Positions 23,755 to 44,047 are shown, counted from the first letter of the stretch. The stretch is 56,878 bases of DNA from Chromera velia (GCA_018398765.1 JAHBMJ010000078.1:1-56878), one strand, 5' to 3'. Notes: generated by a model from the sequence alone, not told the origin. Numbers and translations are program-made.

Positions 23755-25780
23755 GATGCACTGCCTTCACTTGTTTCTTCCTTTTTCCTCTTCTTATTCA
23801 TATCTTTTTGGACGAGCGAGGTGTTGAACTGTGTCTGTTAGAAGTGGGTTTTAGTTTTTCACTATTTTGCGATGTGCGTTTGATGCCGCCCGCCCCAGCG
23901 CATTGGTTAGCTGAAGTCTTTTCCCGTTTCTATCCCTGAGAGTTGAAGGTTTCTGAGCTGTTCAACTTAACTACAATCACAACGTTGAGGTTGCCATAGC
24001 TCGTTTTATACCCTCTTCAATTGCTTTGTGCTATCCGGCTTGATGATGTCCCCTGTGAGTATGATCTGGAGTGCAAGTCCGTCCGTGGGTGTGTCTGGGC
24101 GGAACGTTGCATGCTTGCATGACTTACATGAAGGGAAGGGGGTTGGAAGGGAGAGTTTGGGGGACCCTTGTAGGAGACTGCAGAGGCTATCGGCCTCGAG
24201 TACCAGTTTATGGGCCTGTGTTTTTCCCCTCCCTTGATCATGCGTGCAGAGTTGATCAGAGGTGAACGTGATTGACATTGTCTGCTTGACTATGTTGGTC
24301 TCGCGGCTGGTGCTGGGCCTGGCAAGTCTGTAGCAACTCGGCTGTACTTGTGATGCTGTGTGGGCACGCGGGCCCGGCGGCACTCTGTGGTCGCCGGTTG
24401 AGTAAGTAAGTGTATGAGAGACAGGGGTGGGAATGAGGGGAAAAGAATTGAGGGATGCCATTGGTGGAAGGAGTTGCGTTTCCGACATTTTGATGCACTG
24501 CCTTCACACGAGTCTTCCTTTTTCTTCTTCTCCCTTCTTTTTTTTTCATATTAGTTTGATGGGCGGAGTATTTGACTGTCTCTGTTTGATATGGGTTTTG
24601 GTTTTTCACTTCTTTGCGATGTGCGTTTAATACCGCTTACAGCCCACCCAGGCGCGTTGGTTTGCTGAAGTCTGTTCCTGTTTCTTTCCCTGAGTGTTGG
24701 TGTTTGTTTGAGCCATTGATTATAATCGCAACGTTCAGGTTGCCATAGCTCGTTTTGTTCCTTCTTCAATTGCCTTGTGCTGTCCGGCTTCATGATGTCT
24801 CTCGCGAGTGTGATCTGGAGTGCAAGTCCATCCGTGGGTGTGTCTGGGTGGAACATTGCGTGCTTGCATGACTCACATGAAGGGAGGGGGGTTGGGAGGG
24901 AGAGTTTATCGTGGGGCACTGCAGAGGCTGTCAGTCTCAAGTGCCAGTTTATGGGCCTGTGTTTTTCCTCTCCCTTGATCATGCGTACAGAGTTGATCAG
25001 AGGTGAACTTGATTGACATTATCTGCTTGACTGTGTTGGTTTCGCGGCTAGTGCTGGGCCTGGCGCGTCTGTAGCGACTCAGCTGTGCTTGTGATACTAT
25101 GTGGGCAGGCGGGCGGCACTCTGGGGTCACCAGTTGAGTAAGTAAGTATGTGAAGGACAGGGGTGGGAACGAAGGGAAAAGAATTGAGGGATGCCATTAA
25201 TGGAAGGAGTTGCGTTTTTGACATTCTGATGCACTGCCCTTACACGAGTCTTCCTTTCTCTTCTTCTCCCTTCTCTTTTTTTCGTGTTGGTTTGATAGGT
25301 AGAGTGTTTGACTGTCTCTGTTTGATGTGGGTTTTAGTTTTTCACTTCTTTGCGACGTGCGTTTGATGCCGCTTGCAGCCCACCCGGGCATATTGGTTTG
25401 CTGAAGTCTGTTCCTGTTTCTTTCCCTGAGTGTTGGTGTTTGTTTGAGCTGTTAACTACAATTGCAACGTTGAGGTTGCCATAGCTCGTTTTATGCCCTC
25501 TTCAATTGCTTTATGCTGTCCAGCTTGATGATATCCCCCGTGAGTGTAATCTGGAGTGCAAGTCCATCCATGGGTGTGTCTGGGCAGAACGTTGCATGCT
25601 TGCATGACTCACATAGATGAAGGGAAAGGGGTCGGGTGGGAGAGTTTGGGGGACTCTTATGGGAGCACTGTAGAGGCTGTCGGCCTCGAGTGCCAGTTTG
25701 TGGGCCTGTGCCTTTCCCCTCCCTTGATCGTGCATGTAGAGTTGGTCAGAGGTGAACGTGATTGACATTGTCTGCTTGAC
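23755..25780. repeat. Tandem ~737-bp repeat, ~2.75 diverged copies
   Basis: Anchor gatgcactgcc at 23755, 24492 and 25228; anchor ttgccatagctcgtttt at 23991, 24740 and 25476. Confidence 0.95.
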
Positions 25781-26689
25781 ACTAGGCATGCGTTATGTAT
25801 GTTGGCTTGCTGACATACTCGTACCCTGAGTAAATTAGTTTAGTGACATAATGATACATTGACATAATGAGTACCTGAGTGTGTTACTTTGATGACACAC
25901 TCACCCCCTCAGTCTGTTACTTCATCAAAATTGGCTTCAGTGTGTCACTTCAGACTGATTATCAACTTTTATGATTCTTTTTTCCCTTCTTTCAGATTCT
26001 ATTACTAAACCCGACTAAACCAATCCATATAACCGATTTATCTTTCTAGTACTTGTAGAATTATTATATCAATCCTTTTTTCCATTAAATTAATTTTACT
26101 ATAAAGCTCAACATAACAGTGTCATGATGGATGAGTTGCACGTTTTTCCTCTTATTGCATGCATGCTCTCACTAGATGCTCTCATATATTGTCATCAAAG
26201 GAAAATTTATGGGCGTTATATGCACAAAAAGGGCAATGACTTTGTTAAAAGGATGTCAAAAGGGAAAAGTTTTAAACTACAAAGAAAGAACACAAAAGTA
26301 CGACGTATGTACAAAGAGGCTAGCAAAGAAAACTACTCCAAACAGACATACCAGCCATGTACTTTAGAAAAGGAAAAGACAAGAAGAAAAATGTATGAAA
26401 AAGACAGATCAGTAAACAATCTGAAAGATTAATATTGAAACAAATTGCATAAAAATAAGAGGAAAAAAAAATTATATATTATCAATAATAATTGTCAAAT
26501 ATTGTTAATCACGATGTATGGCAAGAAAGCTTTATTCTCGACTAGGATTAGAGGAGGGAGTTCTCTGTTCAATGTAAGTGAAAAGGGAATGCAAAGAAAG
26601 GGAAACGTCAGAGCAGACAGAAAAGGAAAGGAAATTAAAAGAAAAAGGAAAAGAAAAAAAAAAAAACGTGTGTTTCTTTACTCTTCTCC

Positions 26690-27200
26690 CTGCCTTTCCT
26701 CTCTCTCTTCTTAGACTTCCACTCCTTCTTCCTCCAAGGCTTCCCCAGTTCTGCTAATTCCATTTGAACTGCGCTTGAGGGGCCGCGGAGAGATCTCTCA
26801 AGTAGTCTATCTCGCCCATGTGGGATCGCCCAAAACACCATCCGATTCGGCGGGCAGCGAGGAAATCCTTCTGTCTGCTCGTCCTTCAGACTCACTCTAC
26901 ACACCGGGCAGTGTTCAAAGTGTAGATGTGGTATGACCGTATAAATTGGTTAATGCTGTAACATCGTTGCTTAGCTCATCTAACTCCATCACTCCCCTTA
27001 CGCTGATGACCGGTCTGAGCAGTGGTCTAAACACTGGCCACCCCATTCTCTGCATGGTCAATCTCATGTATGCATGGTGAGCTACCTCTCCCTACATACA
27101 TGCATTCTCCACAAATTCGATGCTCTACATTTCTGCAGGTGAAACTGATTCCGGGTTCCCCTTCCTCAATGAAATTGAGGCACAGAACATAAGCTGCACT
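26690..27200 (-). pseudogene. Possible decayed RING-finger gene fragment
   Basis: YVLCLNFIEEGEPGISFTCRNVEHRICGEC (~27100-27191) and HCPVCRVSL (~26890-26915) lie in different frames; the first expected Cys reads Tyr. Confidence 0.4.
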
Positions 27201-27552
27201 GCCGTAGAGAGGGCTCACCACGAAGCTTACACGGCGTTCACAAAGTCGTAGTCTAGCGAATGGAAGTTTATTCAAGGGGTTTTCCCAAGGTATACGAGTG
27301 TTATAGTACACTGTCAGTGCTATTAACTGCATGCGTTCACTACAACCGTTTACAATGGTTAATTATATAACATATAGCAGTAGTATAGTCAAAGTCGGAA
27401 GTTATTTTCAGAACTGTTCTCTAGAATTGACTGATTCAAATTGAATAAAAAACAGAAAAAAAAACAAAAAAACGCAGAAGTAAGTCTGTTACTTATTATT
27501 CCTAGAGAAACCATCAATCCTAGTATCAGTGATAGATCGATCATTTAGTTTA

Positions 27553-30500
27553 TCATAGTTCTTCTTTTGCATTTGTCTTTGAAGCCGCCTTTGCTTTTTC
27601 TTCCTCTTCATCTGAATCTCCCGACAGATCTTCTTCTTCCTCCTCTCCCGCGGAGTCCCCCCCTTTGCTTGAACCCTCAGCAGACTTCTTCTCCTCCTCG
27701 CTCGAAGACTTCCCCACACTCGTTTTCCCCGAATCTGCAGCTAGCCAGCCAGCCACGCATCGGCAGGGCAAGTCATTCACATGCACTTTGCACCCATGGT
27801 CGAAATCAAAAGCTGACCGATCAAAATTGATGCATGCACGTGGGGTACTTCAATGCAACAGAGTCCATCCGGGGGCAGACGGACGAGCAAAGAACAGGCA
27901 TGCACTCTGGCATTGCAATTCTTTTCCCTCATGCAACCATGCATGCACTGTCTGACATCCTAGAATTCCACCGTGTCTGACATCCTAGAATTCCACCGCC
28001 TGCATGTTGAAAGCCACTCACCTGGGGACGAGGAAAGACTCAGAGGAAAATAAAAGCAAGAAAACCGGTTTTGTCTGTAGAATTTACGGAGGGGGCTCCG
28101 CTTCCCATCAACAAGAAGCCGAGACGTACAGGAACGCCTCTGAGAACTACCACCGACAAATTGAATCTACCCATGCGCTGCCTGCCTCTCTCTCTCTCTC
28201 TGTGAGTGTGTGTTTGTCTGCCTGTCTGTCTTACTGACCGACCGACCTTTTGCCGCATCCTCTGCGTCTTCCCCGAGACGATCCACCTCGGAGGCGTACC
28301 TGAGGGAAGAGAAGAGGGGAGTAGAGGAGAGGGAGAGAGAGAGAGAGAGAGAGCAGGGACACATGAGGCAATAGAGAAAGAAAGAAGGGAGAGAGGAGAC
28401 ATCATCTGCACCTCCTCATGGACTCATACATCCTTCAGTTGAACCCTCCCCTTCAAGGGATCGAGAAAAAAAGGAAGAACAACAAAGAAGACCACGGGTT
28501 GAAAAAAAAAGAGGGGTATGCCTGCCTCGATCCGCACCGCCCTCCCCCCCCCCCCCCCCCCCCCCCCTCCCCAAATACAGAGAGACAGACAGACAGGAAG
28601 ACACCCAGATAGAGGCCGCGTCTCCTCCTTGAACTAGCTTGTGTTGGTTCCTTCCTTCCTTTCTTCCTTCCTTCATAATCTATCAAGAACTAGTGCGGGA
28701 CAGAAAGAATAAAGAGAGAATTTATGGGAGAGGGAAGGAGCAAGTCTGCTGGCTGTCCTGTTCTCTCATGAACCCACTGACAGACTGACTGGGATCCTGA
28801 CACACTGACTGTGACTGACTTTTCCTTCATATCCCACCACACGGACATGTTACTGATTTTTTGGTTCTGCAACAGCAGCAGCACAATCAGAGGAGGCCTT
28901 TGGTCACCGAGACGGGAAAGACAAAGAAAAAGAGGAAGGGAAGAGAGGGAGAACAGCGTGTGTGTTGCAAATTTTCACAGTACGTGGAGAGACAGGCAAC
29001 CAACCTGGCTGAAATGACAAGGAAGGAGGAAGGAATACATGCAGGCAGGTGGTTGGTACGTTCGACTGCAGGTAGAGAGAGAGAGCAGGTCTGTCCTCGA
29101 AGACACTCACTGAAGGAAGGTCTGTGGGGCAAAGGAAGACCACACAGTAGCAGGAAGAAGAAAAGAAGGAGAAAGACCTTTTTGTTCATTGTCTGCCTTC
29201 ACTCACGTACTCACCGCGTCTTTCAAAAGCCGTTTCCACTTCCGCTTTTCTCTCTTCCGCAGCGTCACCCTGCAAAAATGCATTGATTCACACGAAAGCC
29301 GCGTCTTTTCCTGTGTAGCTTTTTTGCACAAACACAAAAGCGAGCTGGCTTGAGTGACCAAACAGAATGCAGAGAGAGCCCCAAAGCGACTCACAAGTGA
29401 GTGAGTGAGCGAGTCAGTGAGTGAGTGAGTGAGTGAGGGAGTGAGTGAGTGAGTGTGTGAGTGTGAGTGAGGGAGTGAGTGAGTGAGTGTGTGAGTGGGA
29501 GTGTGAGTGAGGGAGTGGGTGAGTGAGTGAGTGAGTGTGTGAGTGTGAGTGTGAGTGAGGGAGTGAGTGAGTGTGTGAGCGAGTGAGTGAGTGTGGGAAT
29601 CGAGGGTGGGTGCCTGCCTGCCTGTCTATCCACCTGTCCCTACTCCAAAGGGAAGCAAGAAAGAAGGGACAGAGAAAGTTAGAAAGAAAGGGAGGAGAAA
29701 CCTGAAGGGCATTAAAAGAGAATAAAAAGGATTTTGCCTCTCTTTTTTGCCAATATATCTGCCTTCAATTTGTCATTACATCAAGACAGCAAACGTGCCG
29801 ATCGATCGATCAACACCGGCATCCTATCTCCACTCACCAGAGGAAGCTTCGTCAGACAGAACGGAAAAACGACTTCCTTCCTTCTTGCTTGTCATCTGAC
29901 CTGCCCATTCCCCCCACACAGCATCAACTTTCCTTTCCTTCTCTTTGCACTGATCTCTTTGCTTCCTTCCCTGTACACACACAAGAGCGCTACGTGTTCC
30001 CTTTGTCAGCGCGTCTGCTTGCACACTCAATCGACTCAGGAGAATGGAAGGGAATTGAAGGGAAGGGAAGGACTCACGTCAACTTTCCCACAGACCCAAA
30101 CGACCATTCGACCACCTGCGTGCGTCAGTCATTTATGAATTGAATGAAACAGCGAGAGTTGCAGAAATGCACGCACGAATGGAATCAAACAAACGCCCTT
30201 CCTTCCTTACACATGATGCAAAGCCACGCAGACCTCCGGACGATCGTAGATGAACGACAGCCAATTCGCAAGAATCACAAAGCCTTCTTCCAAGACGTGA
30301 CGACTCAAACTCGCAACAACAAAACCAAGTCATCAGGACATCACTGAGACGCTGTGACGAGGAAAAGAAAAAAAAGAAAGAGAAACAAAAGACGACTTCT
30401 TCCCTCCCCAAACGAGCCGATCTGACATAAATTGTTTAGAAAGAACAACCAGCAGAATGCAGAAGGAAAGAGACAGAAAAGAAAAGAGAACAAAAAAAGG

Positions 30501-30785
30501 AAAAAGAATCGATGACAAAGGTAGAACGGCAACTCTTCCCTTGTAACTACTCGTCGCTCTCACCCCCCCCACAGAGTCCCCCCCCCGTCTCCCGTGTGGA
30601 GACAGAGAGACAGACCTTTGAGTCGACTTCCGAAAAAAGATCCTGCACACACACACACACTCACTCACTCACTGATTCACTCACTCACTCACCACACATG
30701 CACAACAGAGATCTTTGCCTTAGTGTCTTTCGCGCTCTCTATTGGCCTTTCAAACGTCTCTCTCCCCCCCCCTCTCTCTCTCTGT

Positions 30786-30817
<32 letters not shown>

Positions 30818-33800
30818 AGGGGGGCAAGAGCAGGTAGGGCGACGGGAAGAGTACGGTGAGAAAGAGAAGGAGGGTGTGTGACCTGATCCATCCATCCCTC
30901 CGTCCACTCATCGAGAGCCGGGCCGACTGAATCACAGCGACAAAAAACAAAGAGAGCTAGGAGAAAGCAGATGCATTGAAGGAAGGTCTGTGCAAAAGAA
31001 AAGAAAAGGAAAGGAAAGCAAAATAGAGGGGTGCCACACAGACAGTAGTTGGGACGGATTCACACGAAGAAAGAAAGAAAGAAAGAAAAGAAAGAAAGAA
31101 AGAAAGAACATGGGAGGGGATTCCCCAGAGAGCAATTGGCTGGCTGTCCATGCATGTGCCCCTTCAGTCAATGAGGCGTTTGAGTGAGATTCTCCATCCA
31201 TTTATTCACTCACTCGACGGACTCACTCACTGACTCTCTGCCTGAGCGACCGTCTGACTGACTGACCAGTTTCAGCTCGTATTTCTTCTTCACGTGACTG
31301 TGTGTCCCTGCAAAGAGACAGACAGACAAACAGACAGACAGGCAGGCAGACAGACAGACAGATAAAACGCGGGCCCTTAGGAAACACACAGAGAGATCGG
31401 CGTGTTCCAAAAAAGAAAAGTCTGCCTGTATCTGCTCGTCCCGTCTGTCTGATAGAAAAAGTCGATTCCAAAAAGAGGAGTTGGGATACTGCATAGAGAC
31501 AGAAAGCCAAAAAGAGGCAGAAAGTAAGAAAGAGGCCGGTAAACGGAGAGAGACTAAAGTTCTGCCTGCCTCCCCCACCTATTCCCGCAAAGTAGAAGGA
31601 GGACCCGTTCGCCTCGATCACTTCATTCTCCACAGACAGGGCGCCTGCTCGAATCAATGAATGAATGAATGCATCTCCTTCTCTGTAGAGAGGGGGGAGT
31701 CAAACAGACAGTCCCTCCAGCACAATTAAGGAAAAACAAGCAAACGTGAATGAAGAAACGACCCTAGGAGGAGAATAAAAAAGAAAAATCCATCCGAAGG
31801 CAAACATATCTACAGGAAAAGAGGGGGGGGAAAAAAGGCAGTCATCAGTATCTTTCCCCTGAATGGGTCGATCTTCGCACAGATGCACCCATGCGGCCTT
31901 TCTCCCTCCATTCATGAATCAAAGCAGAAGAAGAACTTTTCCTTCATCCGGCAGCAAAATCACATGGCCCGGTGTTCTTTTTTTATTCGCATCTTCATTG
32001 CGCCAATCACGTTCCCATGAGGACTTACCAGGGGCACTCCACCGAAAAGAGAATTTGATGTTCAGGAAAATGGAATCAGCGCTTTGGGCCCATTGGAAGG
32101 CTGGGGACATTCTGCAAGGAGTCAGGAAAGGAAGGAAGGGAGGCAAGTATGCAGGCAGGCAGAGAAATGTGGAGTCAATTCGAAGAAAACGACATGCCAA
32201 AATACAAAAAAGACAGAATTAAAGCTACTGACGCATCATACACCAATGCGGAGGGCGCAGGTAGACGGAACAGGGCCGTGAAAAAACGACTCACTGAAAA
32301 GTTGCCCATGCAAGGGAATGGGCTCTCTAAATGGACGGAGGGAGGCACAGTGGACACATTTCGCTTACTTGTTTCTGCGTCCCCATCTTCAAAAATACGC
32401 GAGACGAAAACACAAACATACAAAAGACCGAGCTAAGGGACGGACACTTGGATCGTTTCTGCGTCTTTGTTGAGGAGTCGTATGAGCTGCAGAAGAAAAA
32501 AAAAAAGAAAGAAGAAAGGAAAGCGAGAGGGAGAGAGAGAAATTCAGTGAAGTGGCCGAAAAGCACCATGCGGTCTCTTCCTTCCAGGAATCTACTTCCT
32601 TCAGAGAAACCAAAAAAGGGGAGGCAGATGCGGACAGACACCCCCACGCGCGGCACCTTCAGCAGGGGGGTCCGCAGGACGAAGAAACAAGGGTTTGTTG
32701 AACCAACGAAGGCAGACGCACACCACATTTACTGCCCACCATCAATTTGGCCATGTTCCCATCCCATGCATACAACCGTGCGACCCTCCATCCCTACACC
32801 CAGAAGTCCTCTCTGCAGGCTGCCTTTCCGCTTCCTTTCTACCTGAGGTGCTCTTCTTTGTCTCTGAACTCGATAAATAGACAGCGAGACATTCAGAGAG
32901 AGAGGTAAATCGACAATTCAGATAGAGTTCCACCTACAAGGACAGTCCTTTTGAGAAACAGATAGACACACGGACGAAAAGACAGAAAAACACAAAGAGA
33001 CAGACAGACAGACAGACAGACAAACCGACCTCGTCTGCTTTGTTCTTCACCGTCTGCACAGCCGCTCTCACTGCAGGCAGATTGTATGATCGGCGCTCTG
33101 TCGGTCATGTCCTTCCTTCCTTCCACACACAAACTATCCACACACCGTATGTACGAGTCAGTCAGGCGCTCTAGCAGTCACTTGGGTTTCTAGACCGACA
33201 GATAGAAAGTCCGATCAGATGCGCGCATGAGGAGTTTGCATTCATTGCGTCGTCGGATGAGAATTACGAGAAGAAAAGAAATGACAACACAGACAGACCG
33301 ACGAATCAAAGCATGCTGAAAGGAAGAAAGGAAAGGAGATGCCACTCTTCTCTTCTCTTCTGTTCTCTTCTCTTCTCTTCTGTTCCCTGGAACAGGAAGA
33401 AAAAAATAATTTAGCCAATGACCAACAAATCCTGTGTTTTCCTTCCTTTCCTTTCCTTTCCTCTCCTTTCTTTTTCTTCTTTGTCTTTTCCTTCTGCTGA
33501 CCGGATGAGGAAACGTCCCGGCTTTGTGCGTGCGCGCGTCTGCATTTCTTGATTCATTGGGTCATTCGTGGGGTCAGTCAGTCAGTCAATCAGTCGGGAG
33601 TCATTCATTCGTCTATTCATACAGGCAGGCAGGCAGGCAGGCAATCGGTCAAAATGACGGAAAGAACACATGATAATTATTTGTTTTGCGTCTTGATGCA
33701 GGAAGGAGGGAGAAGAGATGCTTGCGGATTTGCATCTCATCGACCTCTCTTTCCACTAATAGCAGAAGGGTATTATTGAGAGAGCCACGCAAGACAAGTG

Positions 33801-34487
33801 GTTGGATGGATCTTGGCGCGCTTGTCGCGCACAGGAAGCGCATAGGAGAGAAGAGTGAAACGCAAACGAACTGAGCAAAGGGAGAAAGAGAAACGCGTGG
33901 AGACACGGGGCCAGGAGGAGACCGTGCATGAAGGCAAGGAAGGATACAAGGAGACGGGAGCGAATCACTCTATCCATGCATCATTCAATGCATGTATCCA
34001 GCTGACTTCAGACGGTAAACGGGGGCGAGGAGACTGGCGAACAAAGACGAATTAAGTAAAAGAGGCACCAGAGGGAAGGAGGACCAATGAAGGCTCTTTC
34101 TTCTCTCAGACTGAGAAAAGAAAACGGAAAGAAAATTTCTACAAAAATCCTTCCTCCCCCTTAAGGCCCTCCCACCGGATAATCTGTCCTGCCAGGTCGA
34201 ACCATCCTCTCGTGATTGCGTTCTCCAATTCTCTGCATCATCATTGCACATGAAGAGGAGGGACCGCAGGGAAGGAGGATAGGGCAACACATGAGCAGTC
34301 TCTTTGAAGCCGTTTAGCTCGGAATGCGAAAAGCCCCCACTGACACTCGATCGAAAGGCTCCGACTCTGCTTGCTGTTTGAATGCGACGAGGGCGTTCTC
34401 CTCGGACGGGCAGACCTCTCCTCTCCCCCTGAGAGTCACCAGGGAGAAGAGAGCGCCCTGCAGAAGCAGGAGACGAAAACCTCCCAT
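27553..34487 (-). CDS. Signal peptide + CS (p23/HSP20-like) domain protein with C-terminal KEEL; at least 13 short exons
   Basis: Exons 34345-34487 (MGGFRLLLLQGALFSLVTL...), 34176-34232 (ELENAITRGWFDLAGQII), [unresolved], 33030-33070, 32446-32486, 32029-32111 (SPAFQWAQSADSIFLNIKF), 31579-31644, 31267-31307 (KKYELKL), 30616-30642 (DLFSEVD), 30078-30115 (WSFGSVGKL), 29215-29269 (VTLRKREKRKWKRLLK), 28820-28866 (NMSVWWDMKE), 28247-28299, 27553-27734 (acidic tail, AKEEL*). Phases join correctly except across the unresolved gap. Confidence 0.85.
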
Positions 34488-34639
34488 ACGCAGCGGTGAC
34501 TAGCAAGGAAGGAGACTGGCACTCAGGGGAAATAGTCTGCCCAGGCGAAGGCACCCACGGGCTGCAAGAACTGGACCGGTAGCAGCAGGGCGGGCTTGGT
34601 AGGAAGATGGCGAAGTCTTATCCTGACAGTGTCACTGTG

Positions 34640-34860
34640 AAAAGAGTCATGGAGTCGATCCTGCTCTGATCGACTCCTCGATCCGCGGCACACGTACGTA
34701 TGCAAAAAACATGCATGCATGCATGGCGCCGCGCGCGCAAATCGCGCGAAAATTGAAGGCGCATGCATGCATGCATGTATATGCATGCTTCGAACTTCTT
34801 CGATCTTCTTCTTAATTGAGTTACTTGACGTCAGTTGACCCCTCTCTGAGATGAAAATGG
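34640..34860. promoter_or_regulatory. Putative bidirectional promoter of the CS-domain gene and the ODA-DC gene
   Basis: Lies between divergent ATGs (34487 and 35202); two TGCATGCA arrays flank a GCGCGC/CGCGCGAAAA core. Confidence 0.6.
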
Positions 34861-35201
34861 GCAGAACGAAGGATACCATCGCTGTCACTGACTTTTCAAA
34901 TCCTTAAGAAGCCCTCTATCTGTCGTGCAAGTCAGGTAGCTTGGGTTCACTTTTATCTTTCAAACAACACGTTGTTGAACGCTCAGCACTCAACGTATAT
35001 ATACAATTCAAAAGTTGGACGGCCGGACCTTTCTGCTGTTGCATCTGCCTTCTTATCGAGGAGCTTATACCTGACATCGGCTTTTCGTATCTTTCCTCTG
35101 TCCCCTGATTGCCAAAGGAAGTCGTGCCGTCCCCCTCGTTTCTGTACTTGAGGTGACCTTTGTCTAGTAAATAGCAGTCTTCTGGCCTGTACAAAGACAA
35201 G

Positions 35202-43056
<7,855 letters not shown>

Positions 43057-43605
43057 TCGAGGAGAGAGGGAAGTGCAGACACTCGGACGAAATGGGGCGA
43101 CTTTGACAGGAAGAATGTGAAAGGACAGAAAGAAAAGAGAAGAGGAGAGGGAAGGGGTGTATGTGGTTGGGAGTGGGTCGAGGTGTGTTTGAAAAGTAAA
43201 GCTAGAGAATTAAAGCGGGAGGTTGCGGGACAATTAAAGGACATGACCGACCCGCCGCACTTCTCGAAACTGCGCAAGATCACAACACATCGTCTCAATC
43301 ATAGGCAGGCTCTCTTTCTCATTTACCCATTGAATCAGCACGATTCGACCCCTCTCCGAGTCTTTTCCGGCCCATCCTCCTCGATGTCCTCAGGCCCTTG
43401 CACGAGCTGTACCTTTCCGGTGTCTTTCGATGGCTTTACCTTGTTCAATCAGTGACACCGTCGCAAAGTGGCTGCAGGAAGGTCAGACGGTGCAGAGCGC
43501 TGGGAGGTTTCGTCTCAGTGTTGTGTAGAGACCGTCTGTCTGTCAGGCTTTTCTGCATTTCAGGGTAGTAGCTAATGATTCAGACATTTCTAAAGCTTGG
43601 AAAGA

Positions 43606-43828
43606 GCTAGGCACCGGCTAGAGGGAGAAAAAAAAAAAGTAGATGATCTCGGGAAATCTTTTTTTTTTCTTTTCTTTTTTACTTTTTGACCCTGAACAAC
43701 ACTTAACAACAGTTGTGCAACACACAAACAACACTTGTGCAACAGTTGAACAACAGTTGTTTGACTGAAAAAAAAAAAAGTAGACGATCTCGGGAGATCT
43801 TTTTTTTTTTCTCTAGCCGGCGCCTAGC
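43606..43828. mobile_element. MITE-like non-autonomous DNA transposon
   Basis: 18-bp terminal inverted repeat gctaggcaccggctagag / ctctagccggcgcctagc (1 mismatch), which includes TA at 43608-9 and 43825-6 as a possible TSD; no ORF. Confidence 0.7.
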
Positions 43829-43950
43829 CTCTAGACCTAGCTCTCAATATCACTTTAGATCTAGACTTAGATGAAAGCTAGAAATGAAAGATATAGAGAA
43901 AATAAGGTGGACCATCATAAATTTTTATTTTTTTGAAATTTTAAAACATG

Positions 43951-43988
<38 letters not shown>

Positions 43989-44013
43989 TTGAAGAGAAAA
44001 TATAATATATATG

Positions 44014-44047
<34 letters not shown>

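Noticed and set aside
26124..26432. 102-aa Lys-rich ORF
   Set aside because: AT-rich low-complexity sequence with no recognisable motif.
28412..28640. Exon-like segments with an in-frame TGA suggesting selenocysteine in the CS gene
   Set aside because: Exon 28820-28866 joins 28299 directly (WWDMKEK-YASEV); no convincing SECIS downstream.
29630..29850. 6-nt and 9-nt microexon candidates
   Set aside because: Inclusion would break the GKLT-VTLRK beta-strand of the CS domain, and the acceptors are weak.
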